A stretch of DNA of 64,000 nucleotides from Trichoplax sp. H2 (Eukaryota): positions 124,001 to 188,000 of the forward strand of contig NOWV01000026.1 in the NCBI GenBank assembly GCA_003344405.1, given 5' to 3'. Under the pieces are notes generated by a model. The model ran no database searches, was not told the DNA's origin, and saw nothing but the letters and a program-made list of their open reading frames with translations. A program made the position numbers and the translations under genes. Shown piece by piece: positions 51,301 to 64,000 of the stretch. How positions within the stretch are numbered: position 1 is the first letter of the stretch; each line of letters starts with the position of its first letter.

Positions 51301-52903
51301 TATTCTAGCTGACGGTACACTCCGTTCGTAAGCTGGTACATGTGATTGTGACATACCAGAATGCTGTATCAGACTACATAAAAAGAGCATACTCACACGG
51401 CTTACAAAAATTTTATATTGCAGAGCTCTCGATGCAGCATTAACTTTCTGGAGTCTGCAATAAAAGTGTCTCTGGAGTCTATAATAAAAATGTCTCACAA
51501 TAACTATCTTATCCAAATCGTATTTTCTAAAAGGCTTTTATTACAAGGTTTCGTTTTAAGAATAGTAGAGCAATAATTAATTACTACGAGAATCTAGTCT
51601 AAAATCTGAAGTATTCCGAGCTCAAACGCGGTGTAGTCTCTTCTCTCCCGTGAACTCATCTCTGTAGTTCTTGTATACATTTCGTTAAATCTGCTTATGA
51701 CAACTTGATTAACCTACAGTCAGACATGAGTCATCAAACAAAATACTTTTCTTAAATAGTACATCATTATCTTCTACAATCTAAATCATTCTACTTAAGA
51801 TGTAACTACTCTTCTATTAACGTCTAGCCCCTTTCTCCGAAGGGCATCTTAACATCTGCAGTGTTTCTAGCCACATAAATCTTGTACCATAATTTGTCAA
51901 CTGGCTAATTTTAGTCATCAATAATTTCTAATATAGTAGTTAGCAATCATCTAATATTAGCTTCTCGATAATATCTGTTCAGAGTTACCTAACTATATCA
52001 AATATAGCTATCCTTATAATCAAATATGGGTGCATCACTACAGAATCCGAGCGATTACGTATTGTTCTCGATAAAAATAAATCAAAATTTATTAACCTTG
52101 ATTTACTAGCAGTACAAACGGAGTGACTAAAAGGAGATATTACACGATTTATGCCCAATCTACTATCCTGGTACAGTAATAGTACAGTACAAAATAGAAT
52201 AATAACAGAATTGAGTGTGCCACGGTAAATTACTCGTTTTGACTGCGGTTTATATTTGTTTCCGCAATTCACTACTGTATTCTGTATTTAATACAACTTA
52301 ATTATACTTGAATTTGGCCCTTATTTAGATTATGCTTCTACGCTCACTAATTTTATTATGGTCTTGAGCCTTGATAACTCTTTATTCGTAAAAGTGTAGT
52401 ACAGGTTACACTGTTAAAAGATTAAAACATTCATGAAATTTATTGCCTTGTAAACATTTACTTCGGTCTTTACCATATATCGCTTGTATGAGTCATGCAA
52501 TTTCATGATTCATCTATCATCAGTAATGCCTTTATAAATTACCTCTGAAGCCATAGTGCATAAATTTGTTATATTCGTACCAGCGTGTACGGCATATATA
52601 TCGTTGAACCTCCTATAGATTTCCTTACATCAATAAGAGCTATGTTATTATTGTAAATTCGTTTTACACGTAAAAATAAACAAATTCCTTGGCGTGGCCG
52701 ATAACTTGGGTCAAAGGTCTAATCCGATTATTACGATAAGATTAAACTATTTACGGGATTAATTCATTACAACCCTTTTCTTCTGAAAAGGTATCATAGA
52801 CTAGAAAAAAAAAAATCATTAGAAATATCTCCGTTTGTAAAGACTTTAATTAGACTACATCTCTACTATTGATCTTTTCCTCGTTTCTTAACCGTCATTC
52901 GCG

Positions 52904-55900
52904 ATGTTTCTGACACTGGGCTTTCTCCAAAGTTTCACTTGTGTGATTTCCTTGCTTTCCTGCGCATTTTTAGCCTATTTTCAAATTCAGGGCAACGTTA
53001 AAGATTTCTTTAGTTGTCTTGAAGTTCCAGAATGGCTAGTTTATGGTAACATCATAGCGCCTGGAGTCCTTGGATTCCTAGTAAGTATTTTTAAACGCCA
53101 AGAATTCATTTGTTTTGCACTACAGTATATCATACTTGTATATGCGTACATCTCAATTTTTTTTCTAATTTTCTGCTCTAATAATTCTAATGCGCGCGTA
53201 AATGATATCGTCTTATCAATTTAATTACGGGATAAATATATAAGAGATTTATCAATATGAAAATATTGTATGTGATTGCGAACTGATAATTATATAGCAA
53301 GAATTATCAATTTAGAAAGATAAACTTATTATACGCCATGATAAATTCTTTTCATCGTTGTATTGCACATTACTTCCTATACATTATAGAAGAACATTTC
53401 ATTATGCGATTTTTTAATCTCAGGTCAATCCTTGTCACGTTGTATCTAATCGGAGGTGAAATAAGACATCGTTAAATCTATGAGTTTAAATGATAACGTA
53501 TGAAAATTTTTATGACTATCAAGGAGATTACTACTTGCTTTACCTAGCATAACTCATGTACCCTGGTAATCATTCACGCATATCTACTTTATGAGGGTCA
53601 CACTTTGTATTATTTCGTAGTACAGTAACCAAAAAATTGTAGAACATCATAACCCCAATCAATGAAATGAGAAGGATCCATTAACCATCGTATCGTAAAA
53701 TCTTAAGCCGATCATACATGATAATTCGGTTTATAACCAATCGTTTACGGTAATTACTGATATACGAGGATATGAAGGTTCAGTACCGTATATAATATTA
53801 AGATACTATATAATTGCGTCGTACAGCAACTAGTATAGCGCTTATTTTCGATTGCTAAGGCAGACTACCGGGTTATGACCAAATGCAATATAATTATGTA
53901 GTAAATTTACCGTGCAATTAAAATTTTTGTACTTATTTCATTTGTCGCAACTCATTACGATATTCTTTAAGAATAGTATATCTTGGCAAATCTACGTACA
54001 GTATGGACACTTTTTTCAGTGACTAAGCCTTTTCTGTACTTGTATTCTTTAAATTACTGCCATTTTCTTTCATAACACAATATTAGATTTTTATCAATAC
54101 TAATTTTCAGTATTAGTGAAACGTCAAGAAAAAATCTTCTATAGTGTTCCTGCTGTTATCTAAGAATACGGTACTGAAAAAGCTCCTAGTAATGCCTATT
54201 AGATTAAATTATCAAGTTTAGAACTTTTCTTGGAGCTATGGAAGGATACTGTATAAAAAAAGATGATTTTGCATCACTCAATAGGTACTGGCTTGTTCGT
54301 GGAGATCTCAATGATTGATTGATTCCCTATTTGCTTAGGCTAATAGTTACAACAGTGACGTTTTTGTTCAATTTTCAGCTACTGCATCTGGATACTTTTC
54401 AATAACGATGACAAAAAAGCGAACATTGTCATCCGTGTGAATAGTACGTTACGATCATAATTTCAAGAAATACGAAAATTTTAAAGTAATTAATTAATTT
54501 ATATATAGAATTTGTACTATTATAATAAACGTACCAGTAATTATCATACCAAACAGATACTTACAGTATTATCAGGGTAAAAAATGTGACTATCTATACC
54601 GAAGTCCGTAGTCTATAATTAAATATATAATTAATTGACTCTTACATGATAACATCTGCTGATAGCAAAGTTATAAGTATTTTTTATATGACCATCGCTA
54701 CATAAATAATTATAATTAATCAGTTAATAATTTGTTTGCTACTCACAAACTATACATCCAGCTGCGAATAACTTGTATAATTATATTGTCATTATTTTAA
54801 GTGTTATTATTAGCATGGTAATTATTCGTTCATTGCGTCATAAAGCCTCATGGAAAGGGTTATATATTGTACAATGCTGAATCGCTTACGCATATTACAT
54901 TTCATCCATCTAAAGAGTCTGTCTGTTTTATCCTAGATAACTGCAGTCATTTTGACAAATAGAATAAGTGTTTACGTAGTCTTATTGTCCACACGTGCCT
55001 TGTATAACTATTGCAGACTATACGGTGTAATTACCCGTAATACATATTACCTTATACGCATATTTCGGTATGATTTCAACTACTGTATATCCGTGTCGGT
55101 TACCGTATATAATGTAAATAACTTACTAATTTTTTAAATTATATCCCATTCTTTCAGCAAATATTAGCCAAACGTAGATGCACAAGATTTTTAAGTCAAT
55201 TCGATTAAAATCAAGTGGAAATTGTGAAATTATTACAAGCCACTCAAATTTTACAGTAACACTATAAGACGGATTCGGGCAGAGGCTGATGTTAACATTT
55301 ACCCTCAATTCTCATTCCTCAGTGCTGTATAATAGCAGCAGTTGCGACAGCTCTGACGTAGCTGTAAATGTGTTATAGACTTGATTATTCCATACGCAAA
55401 GACATTTACGGCTATTTTGCATACTACAGTATATATAATACGAGGTTCGAAGCTATGGCTATGCCAGTTTGTCATAGTTAAGAGATCATAGATGTATCCT
55501 TAATGTGCTGTATATAGTTAAAAATATAACAGTAGTACATGATATAACGGGAAATGTGTACTGCTATGACAAATCCTTCTTTGTATGCTGATTAACAGAT
55601 AGCCTACAACAATAGTCAACGTTTTATGTCAACGTCTTATCTACGGTAGATCTATAAAATTACTATTTCATACGCATGGTATTTGTATAGCCTTCATATT
55701 AATCATCGTAAATAGGTTGAAAGTAATATTATAATCATAATTTAATATATTCCTTCATAGTACTCGTATATTGTAATAATATCATTCACTAATTATGTTA
55801 TACACGGTATGATACATTGGTTGATAGAGTCAGCTAAGTTTATTTCTATTTATAAAAATCTAAATTATAATTTATTGGGTACGCAGAGTGCTGGTGATGA

Positions 55901-56850
55901 AGCCTTTGTTGCAACTGTAAGGTTATGATAGCTCGACTATGCTTTAGTCGCTGTTATAAATAACATATTTGCAGCATATGAATTTCTGATTTACCATACT
56001 ATTTTAGGGCACATTTTAGTTTAGGTTCATCTGAGTATTAACAACTCCACTGAGTGAAATTAAAATTCTTATCAGAAATTAGGATAATAGATTGGATAAA
56101 AATTTATCGTATTTCGCTTTAGAATCCATGTATTTCATTAATTGTGTTAAATTACAACGATTCTAGTCCGTGAAACGTTATTCTTTTCCTCTATTTAGTT
56201 ACTTATGACTTCCATATTTAGCTGTTTGCGAAGTAGGAACAATGAAAAAGTTTATGTAAGTGAAATTCTGTAAATCTCTTAAGATGGTGTATGTGTATAT
56301 AACTTTGAAGAGAACTTACCTTTAGCATTTCCATAGATTATATATATCCAAATTTGATACCTAAGGTTTTTGATTAATTTTAATTTTTGAATCGCTCTTT
56401 ACGTATGATGAGCACTGTAGTTAGTAATGTTCCTTAGCACATGGCTAAAATATGATTGTGGACGGTCACTTGTAAAACTGCTAAGATGATCATATAGATA
56501 TTTAGATAGGTGCATAGGTATTTAAAGAATTACTGTAATTATACGAAATTTGAGATCGCTAATTGAGATTAATCTTTATAAATTAGGAAATCATTAATTG
56601 GACATGCAACACGTTATCATTGATAGTTTGCGCTGCAACTATGGCGGCAGGTGTTTATATTACGGTCTTGTATCTAAACAAGTATGATGCGACATCTCAT
56701 AAGAGCTCTTGTGATGCATTTGTATTTGTACCCTATATTATTATTCAAGTCACAAGCATGTGTTCTGGAATATTTGGTCTTGTCCATTGTTTGACTTTGT
56801 GTGGGACTTGTAGCTTCTTCGAAAGTGATTACGAAGATGACAAATTGTAA
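52904..56850 (+). CDS. Orphan Cys-rich four-transmembrane protein (165 aa; CD20/MS4A-like topology); exons 52904-53080, 56199-56255, 56587-56850
   Basis: Three phase-0 exons with GTAAGT donors join in frame. Four hydrophobic segments and an acidic tail ESDYEDDKL*. Confidence 0.7.
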
Positions 56851-58423
56851 AGAAACGACGCAATATAAGAATGATGTATGCTTCCTGTATCTGTATGGCA
56901 CATGGATTAAAATTTTAAGGCCTTGTTTTTGCTTTGGATATACGTAATTGTTATTCTGAAATTATCATAATCTACAATATGGTCATAATATTCTATCTTT
57001 GTATCGGTGATATCAATTAACATAAGTTTTGCTATAACCCAAATAAATTGTTCTCATAGGGTGTGGTCGCACTATACCTAAGTAGAAATTAATCATGATG
57101 CCCTTCCTTCACGTTTTAGTATTAGGTCGATTGCAGAAAAGTTTTCTATAGCTAGCGTACATTGTAGAAGACTTTTAAGGTAACACTAACCTTGATACAA
57201 TTACTAACTTTACGAGTAAATTGTGATTCTAAAAGCTATCGCTTTGTAAAGGTTGAAATTAATCACTGTTAATTTTCAAAAAATTGTGAATCCGTGGCGG
57301 TTATTTGACGAGACTTTTCAGTCTTCAAGCTAATGGATTTAAAATAATAGCTTAAATGTTAGGCGTCTTGTAGTAATTTAGTACTAAATATATAAGACTT
57401 AAATCTGAAACTACTTCGCGTATAAGTTTACATCTATCCAGGCGTTAATCTATAAGGAACGTTAACTTAAATAGTAACAAACTCTGATTTTAGTAGTATT
57501 GACATGAACGGGTACTGCCATTGATTCTTGCAGGATGATATTATTCAGCAAATATTCTTTGAGATGACTTATATACTTCATCTGTAGCTTTATTGGTGCT
57601 GGATACCTAAAAGTTAATGTTTTCATAACTACTAATTGACAATTTTGTATTCGTTGGCAATGCAGCTTTATCTACAATAAAATTTATAAATTCTTACCGT
57701 CTGAGAATACAATGAACTACTAAAGTCACTAAGTGTAAGTATCTACAATTAAACGGATTTTAGTGTCACATCTTGCTTCGAGAGAATTAATCTCTGATCA
57801 ATATTAGACTACAGTAAATCTGGAGGACATTACACTCTCGTAGTAGTAGCAAAATTATCGGGTACTATATTTTCGTTAGTATAAGGTAAGAGATTAAGTA
57901 ATTATTGCTACTACAGCATGTTTATAGAAATACTGTACGTGTTATGCTATGATAAGTAATTGTGCAGATCCAGATTATCTTATTTGCTGTAATAGGCTTT
58001 GCCACCTTGCATTGAAGAAATTTCTAAAATTTCAAGTATCAGACCCTCCTGAGAACATGCTTATAATCCAGGAATTAAGTGTAAAATTAATTCATAATCA
58101 ATTTAGAAATGGAAACTAATTTGTCTTGATTTTATTATTAAATGTGGGTTATAAATTAAATGAGCAGAAATATGTACTATATTTAAGAGATGTACAATAG
58201 ATGCTCTCAAAACTTAATAAAATTGTACCATTGCTATTGTGCGGGCATTGTATTGTACATCTTATATTCAAGGCGCTATCTTTTATATCACGATGCATAT
58301 AGATTAGTTTTTGTGTCAATTATCCAGTTTCATATATTAATCGCTAATACCATCAATTTAATGATTTTAGATAGTAGCTTCAAGGAACATAAATTCGGAT
58401 CGTGATACATGCGTAACCATCAA

Positions 58424-61400
58424 TCATCTTAGTTCTAACGCTTGTAATGCTGGTAGTATGCAGGAAATTCTGTTACACCAAAAGTTGGCGCATCCAGAGT
58501 GATACTTCCTTCCACCGTAGGTAATAATGTTCTCAGACGTTAGATCTGTCTTATTTACATTAAGCAAGCATACTCCGCAAGCGATATGATTGCAATTTGT
58601 AGCTAATTCACCAGCAGTTAAGCATTGGGACTTGAAATTAAAATTGCTAGACAGCTATATAAGAAATATAATATTAACAAGATAATTCAGAAGTTGAAAA
58701 TCAAGATAGTACGGTACATACCTCTTCAGAATACTTGTCAATATTTTGAACAAGTTGAACCCATTTTAGTTTGATAGTTGAAACTGTATCTTTGACATCA
58801 AGCAAATCAATATCTAAATCCAATCGAAACATATCCACTCTGTAATTAATAAAATCATATCTCTGCGTATTGATAGCGTAAAGAATTACCTGAGCGGGAA
58901 GCAGCAGCATCAATTCGACAAACAACTTTAAATATCTCTAATAAAGCTATTGATAGAAAGGAGATAATTTAGGATCCTTGTGGAAAAATCAAGTGGTTGG
59001 ATATGGCTAAGTACCTCTAATGAACAATAATCCTTTATTGCACTGGACGATTTCTTGTAATATTTCATATTTTTTCGTCGACAGCAGGACATCAATTCCA
59101 TTTTGTACATCTTGTAAAGCTTTTTCAAGGCAGCTATGCCATTTATTGAAAATAGTGTCTGTGGGCTATCAGATACAAGAAAGTTAAATTCTGAGTAGTT
59201 CTATATACATATATCATTTAAAAAAACATTAAATCAGAATAGCTAAGAAGTTCACCATATATGTTTACTTTTTACCTCAGCATCTATGGATAACGCTCGA
59301 TATCGATCAATATCATAGCTAGTTTCAATACAGACATCACTAGTCTTCCCTGCAGCCGTTATTAGGGTTTGACTCTGAAATTTCTGAGTGTCAGCAGTCG
59401 ATCCTGGCTGCAAGATATCAAGGACACTATCAGAACCAATTTCATTTAAATCTCCGCCAACGTCTGGAAGGTTACTTGTAAACTACATAGAAGTATAAGC
59501 AACATCGTAACTTCCGTGTAAATTCATTTATGATTTAAATCCAAAAGGAGTTACATTACGATTGAAATACCGTATAATCGCCAAGGTTATTGGAATCTAA
59601 ATGTTTGAGGTTGAAAGTATTTTCTTCTTCTAGAGATTAAAAATTACGGACAAAGTTACTACAGTTCATATATTTTAATCTGATCTTGTCCCAAATACTA
59701 GCATTGCCAGCACTAATGCTGCTACTATTTATTATTTTACACTCATTACCGAAATGGTTTACATTCTTGAATTCGCCATCCTTCGCAAGATCAACGCTAG
59801 TTACGGTAAATGTAGAAAAATCTGACCATTCCTCCGACTGTTTATCTGGTTTCGTAGTTTCTTGATTTTGATTTAAGAAATTTGACACAGAACTTGCCTT
59901 AAAATTATCTTTGGCCTTTTCCGACATAGCAGTAAATTCGCTATTAGATTTGATATTGGTTGGAAGGTTCGCATTAAATGAAGCTGTAGTAGCTGAATTG
60001 AACTCTCCAAAATCATCAAATTCATTCGTATCGGTAACTGGGACATTCTTAGGGTTTTTAAGGCTATCTTCTTTACTAGGCGACTGTTCATTTACATGCT
60101 TAAGAATAGCATAAGGATCATATGATAAAGCTGCAGATTTCTTGGTTTCGATCTTATTAGGATCATATAAGAGTTCATTGTGGATTTGATTAGATTTCGA
60201 GCTCTCAGTGGTAACTTGCCAATCAGAGATAGATGCATCGATTGCACTAAAATTACTAATTCCAAGTATAGGTTGCTTGTCCGGCGCAGGAGTAGGCTTG
60301 AAATTGTCTTGGTGTTCCTGATTAACACTGTTAGATAGTAAAGGAAGAAATACCGGTATTAATAGTTATAATCTTCTCATTGTTCTAAAGATTACATACC
60401 TAGAATCACTCATCAAATTATATTCTCCTTGATTCTTAGGTGTTAATGATGGATCGTTGTCAAAGTGTTTGAAGGCACCATAATCATCATCTATATCCTC
60501 AGATGTAGGTTCTTGGAAAGTAAACTGGGATTTATTATCAGGTTTCACAGTTATTTCTCGAAAGATACTGTATTTATCGTTCGCTGTAGTTGAGGATTCG
60601 CTAGGCTGCGATTGGAAATCAGATATAGGTGTCGAAAAGGCTTGCCAATTCTTAGTTTCAATATTTTTTGTGAAAACGGTAGGCTCAATACCAGGCTGCA
60701 GGTCTGCTTCGGGATTGTCTGTAGCGTTATACTTTGGTAATTGAAACGATGGTAACGCAGTTTCACCCTTAGTACGCTCGCTTGAGGCTGTTTCAGTGGT
60801 TAGAATGTCTATACAAAACAGTATATCATTATTCTCTAATGCGAAAACGCAAAGAATAATCGTGACATTATCTTATACAAGCTCGAAGATACTTTAGTCA
60901 TACCATTATCCAGCTTAATTTTAGGAATGGGAGCTGATGAACAAGTCGTAAACGAAGACATCAATTGATCAATTTCGCAGCCAGCCTAAGTTGAAGAGAA
61001 GTTTTATACACGTGCACATTGGTTGTAATTCAGTAAAATAGAAATTTTAAATTAGATATCTATAACATCTCATAAAGGCAAAACAGTTACTTGAGCTAAA
61101 GCTACTAGACCAAGAGCTAGATATAATTCCTGCCGTTTAAGGGTACCAGGTTGCTCACGGTTCGATGTTTCCCAGATTTTATATAACGTTTTCTTGTTAA
61201 CACCGGAAGATAGTAGAATCGATTTAATCTTTGTAGTGGTAACATCACCATTGGGAGCTGCAACCACTTCATAAACTCTCTTATACAACTGTGGAATTTC
61301 TGAATCTTGCAAGCACCAACTTGGATACGTGAAATTAATCTCTGTGTGATTATCTAGTGCGCCAGCAGCTCTGGAGACGGTATTATTGATACCTAACAAA

Positions 61401-63139
61401 CTTTCATTCTTTATCGTAGACGTAATGGAACTTTTTTGACTCTTAGCCACAGTACTTGAAGTTACTTCTGGAAACTTTCCATTCTTGTCAGATATGACTT
61501 GCTGCGTTGGAGAAGTTTTTGCAAGTGATTGCTTAGTATACTTCGTCAGCGAATCATTATCGGATTTTGATTGGGAAATTACGGTAAATGATCCTTCAGG
61601 ATATTTACTCTCAGCAATTGAAGCTATTTGGCAGGGTGTCTGTTCATGAGAAAGTTGATGATTTTGGGAACTTTCATCAGAAAATCCTAATAATAAATTG
61701 AAAAAGCTTTGTATTTAGCTTAATATTGTATTTCGATCGTAAATGATAATAATACGAATGATTTAGACTGATATACCACATGATAGTGGATGATTGAAAG
61801 CGCATTAGTATTTATTAAGTAGTTAAGAAATTGAGGAGTAGCTCTCTCATTAAGTCGCAACATTGACAGAAAAATTGTAACTATCCTATAAGAAATTATG
61901 TTGAATTGGTATGTCAAAAGAAGATTCAATTGCTGCTTCAGCGGCGCAGTCTACAGGATTTGTAGTAACTACAGTTAGACATACACTTCGGATATACCTG
62001 TCATGAAATCTCCAAAATCATCTTCGCCTTGTATTGCATTCGATGTTGCTAATGTAGGGTTTTGTAGAGGTGATAGAGTTTGATTTTCCGTTAATGCATT
62101 AGAAGTAACAATATTACTTGAAGTTTTGCCATACTGCGATCCATTGGTAAATTCACTAGAGCCAATAGCTTGTTGAAAGTTAGAAAAGTCATCTGTCGTT
62201 GGTATTGGCCCGTGAAGAGCATTGGGGATAGAAATCATTCGTACATCACTCATTGATGACTGCATTGAAAAATTGGTAGGCGCAGTGCTAATGCCGGCTT
62301 TGGTGTTAAGCGCAGAAGGGGCACCTACTTGCTTCTGATTCTTGGGGGATGCGTTAATAACGCTATCTGTTGTCCTCTCCCACATCGCGTTAAATGAAAT
62401 TTGTGTTTGTGATGATAAATCCGGAGTTGTGACTCCCGATACGGATGACATCTGGCTAATAGTGTTACTTTGAGATTTCTTAGTGCTAATTGCTTTTAAA
62501 CGTTCTTTTTGCTCTTGAAAGTACTGCTTGCGTTTAAACTCTTTCTCTTGTTCTATGAGTAATTTTTGTTGCTTAAGTTGTTGTTCGATCATCCGTTTGT
62601 GCGCGGCTTGCTGTTCCACGGTAATTCCCATCTGTTGAATGTTTGTGAGTGGCCTATATGACGGTTGCTGAACGTTATTTGCTGCAATTTGTTGTTGCTG
62701 TTGTGGATAATAAATTTGGTGACGAATATTTTGATTTGGTATGGCTTGATTGGAAACATTTCCGTAAATTACGTTTTGTTGTTGCATCATTACATCGTAA
62801 CCCTGGGTGATCGTTTGCATGCCAAAATGTTGAGCTGGGGTGTGCCCGGTCGCTTGATTGCGTCTGTAGTTGTTACAATCGCCCACGGAGTTATCATAAT
62901 ACCCTTGTTGCTGTAGAAGATGAAATGAATAGATATTATAGGATTTATTATATAATTATTATCTAAGTTAATTAATGTAAGGTTACTGCTCAAGTCCAGT
63001 AAAACATTTCTGATACTGTAAACTAGTTTCCTGTATTTTCTATTTTTTGTAGTTTTAGAAAAGTCCTGACCTTAAAGTGAATATCGCAGTGATGCTGCGG
63101 CAGTGTACTTATTGACAATGAAATGTCCCTATTGGACAT
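58424..63139 (-). CDS. SYNRG: Synergin gamma (AP-1 gamma-adaptin binding protein), multi-exon; the 5' exon 63139-63071 is tentative
   Basis: Q-rich N-terminus with coiled coil (KRKQYFQEQKERLKAI), EH domain (IPQLYKRVYE...LYKIWETSNREQPGTLKRQELYLALGLVALAQ), DDFGDF/DDFGEF/WSDF motifs, and C-terminal CGVCLLNV...YGGRKYHSGCANFWCN. Confidence 0.9.
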
Positions 63140-64000
63140 AGATACTATGTTGTACGTCAGGTCTAGTTGTACTGCATTTGTGAGCATCTTAGTCACTGCA
63201 AAGAAGATTAATTAGTATACAGTATGGTATAACTATTTTACAGGGAAATATGCGTAAATACTCGTGTTAATTATACGAGTCAGTTGTTAAAACCTTCAAG
63301 GTCTAAAGTCTGCTCGATAATTGTATATATAATTAATTACAGTAATATAGAGTCTATTACTTTACTGTACATCTAAATAATTTCTTTACAAAGTAACTTT
63401 TCGAGTAATCAACCAATTACCAATACCGTAAGCTACCTTTATCTCACATTGAAGTCACTAGAGCGGGAGCATCTTAATTCTGATTACAGTTTGCTAAGTC
63501 GCATGCAGTAGTTACTAGTTATTATATCATAAGGAAATGAAAGCTAAAGTGATTTCGTTTGCCAATATTCATTATAACTATATTTCGTAAATTGGTAACC
63601 AAAAGATCGCGTTATCTTGGACTGGTCAAAAATAAATAAATAACTAATTCCTATGTAATAACCTTTCAAACCTTTTAATAGGTATTGTACAGACTAGGGT
63701 TCTTACAGGCAAACTTATGAGTAACCAAGCATGTCAAAGAATTAGATTAGTAATGTATTTAGTGATGCATAATGTACGCATCGAGTTTACATAGTCGATT
63801 TAGAGGCGTCACACTCAAGCGATACTCTATAGACAGGATTCAGAATTGTACAGTAGACAAGATAGATACATGGTATAGTAAGTTCGCGTCTTTATAGGAA
63901 GGAAATTGAAGCAAGAATCTAGTATGCATCGTTCAATTTCTATGAAACCTACCTGATTATACGGATACATGCCTATTAGCTAATTACGAACTTAACCGCA

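Noticed and set aside
61975..62886. Q-rich 303-aa ORF as a stand-alone gene
   Set aside because: It starts at GTG and is an internal exon (acceptor at 62911) of synergin gamma.

Overview
AT-rich, gene-dense eukaryotic (animal) DNA with short GT-AG introns. The style fits a basal metazoan, most likely a placozoan such as Trichoplax (inference, not proven). I spliced the gene models by hand. In order they are: an intronless class A GPCR (-), an SLC15A4-like peptide/histidine transporter (+), DRAM (-, with a U12-type intron and a segment duplicated across an assembly gap), four MAPEG (MGST1/PTGES-like) genes in alternating orientation, argininosuccinate synthase ASS1 (+, 18 coding exons), PPAN/Ssf1 (-, with a GC-AG intron), a fifth MAPEG gene (+), SWT1 PIN nuclease (-), V-ATPase subunit G (-), a probably decayed multi-exon gene, an orphan 4-TM protein (+) and synergin gamma (-). 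The most striking non-coding structure is a set of mixed-orientation TA(CAG|CTG)TA arrays at most gene 5' ends. Their units match Tc1/mariner excision footprints, and one array contains a TA-flanked 122-bp MITE with perfect 33-bp TIRs.
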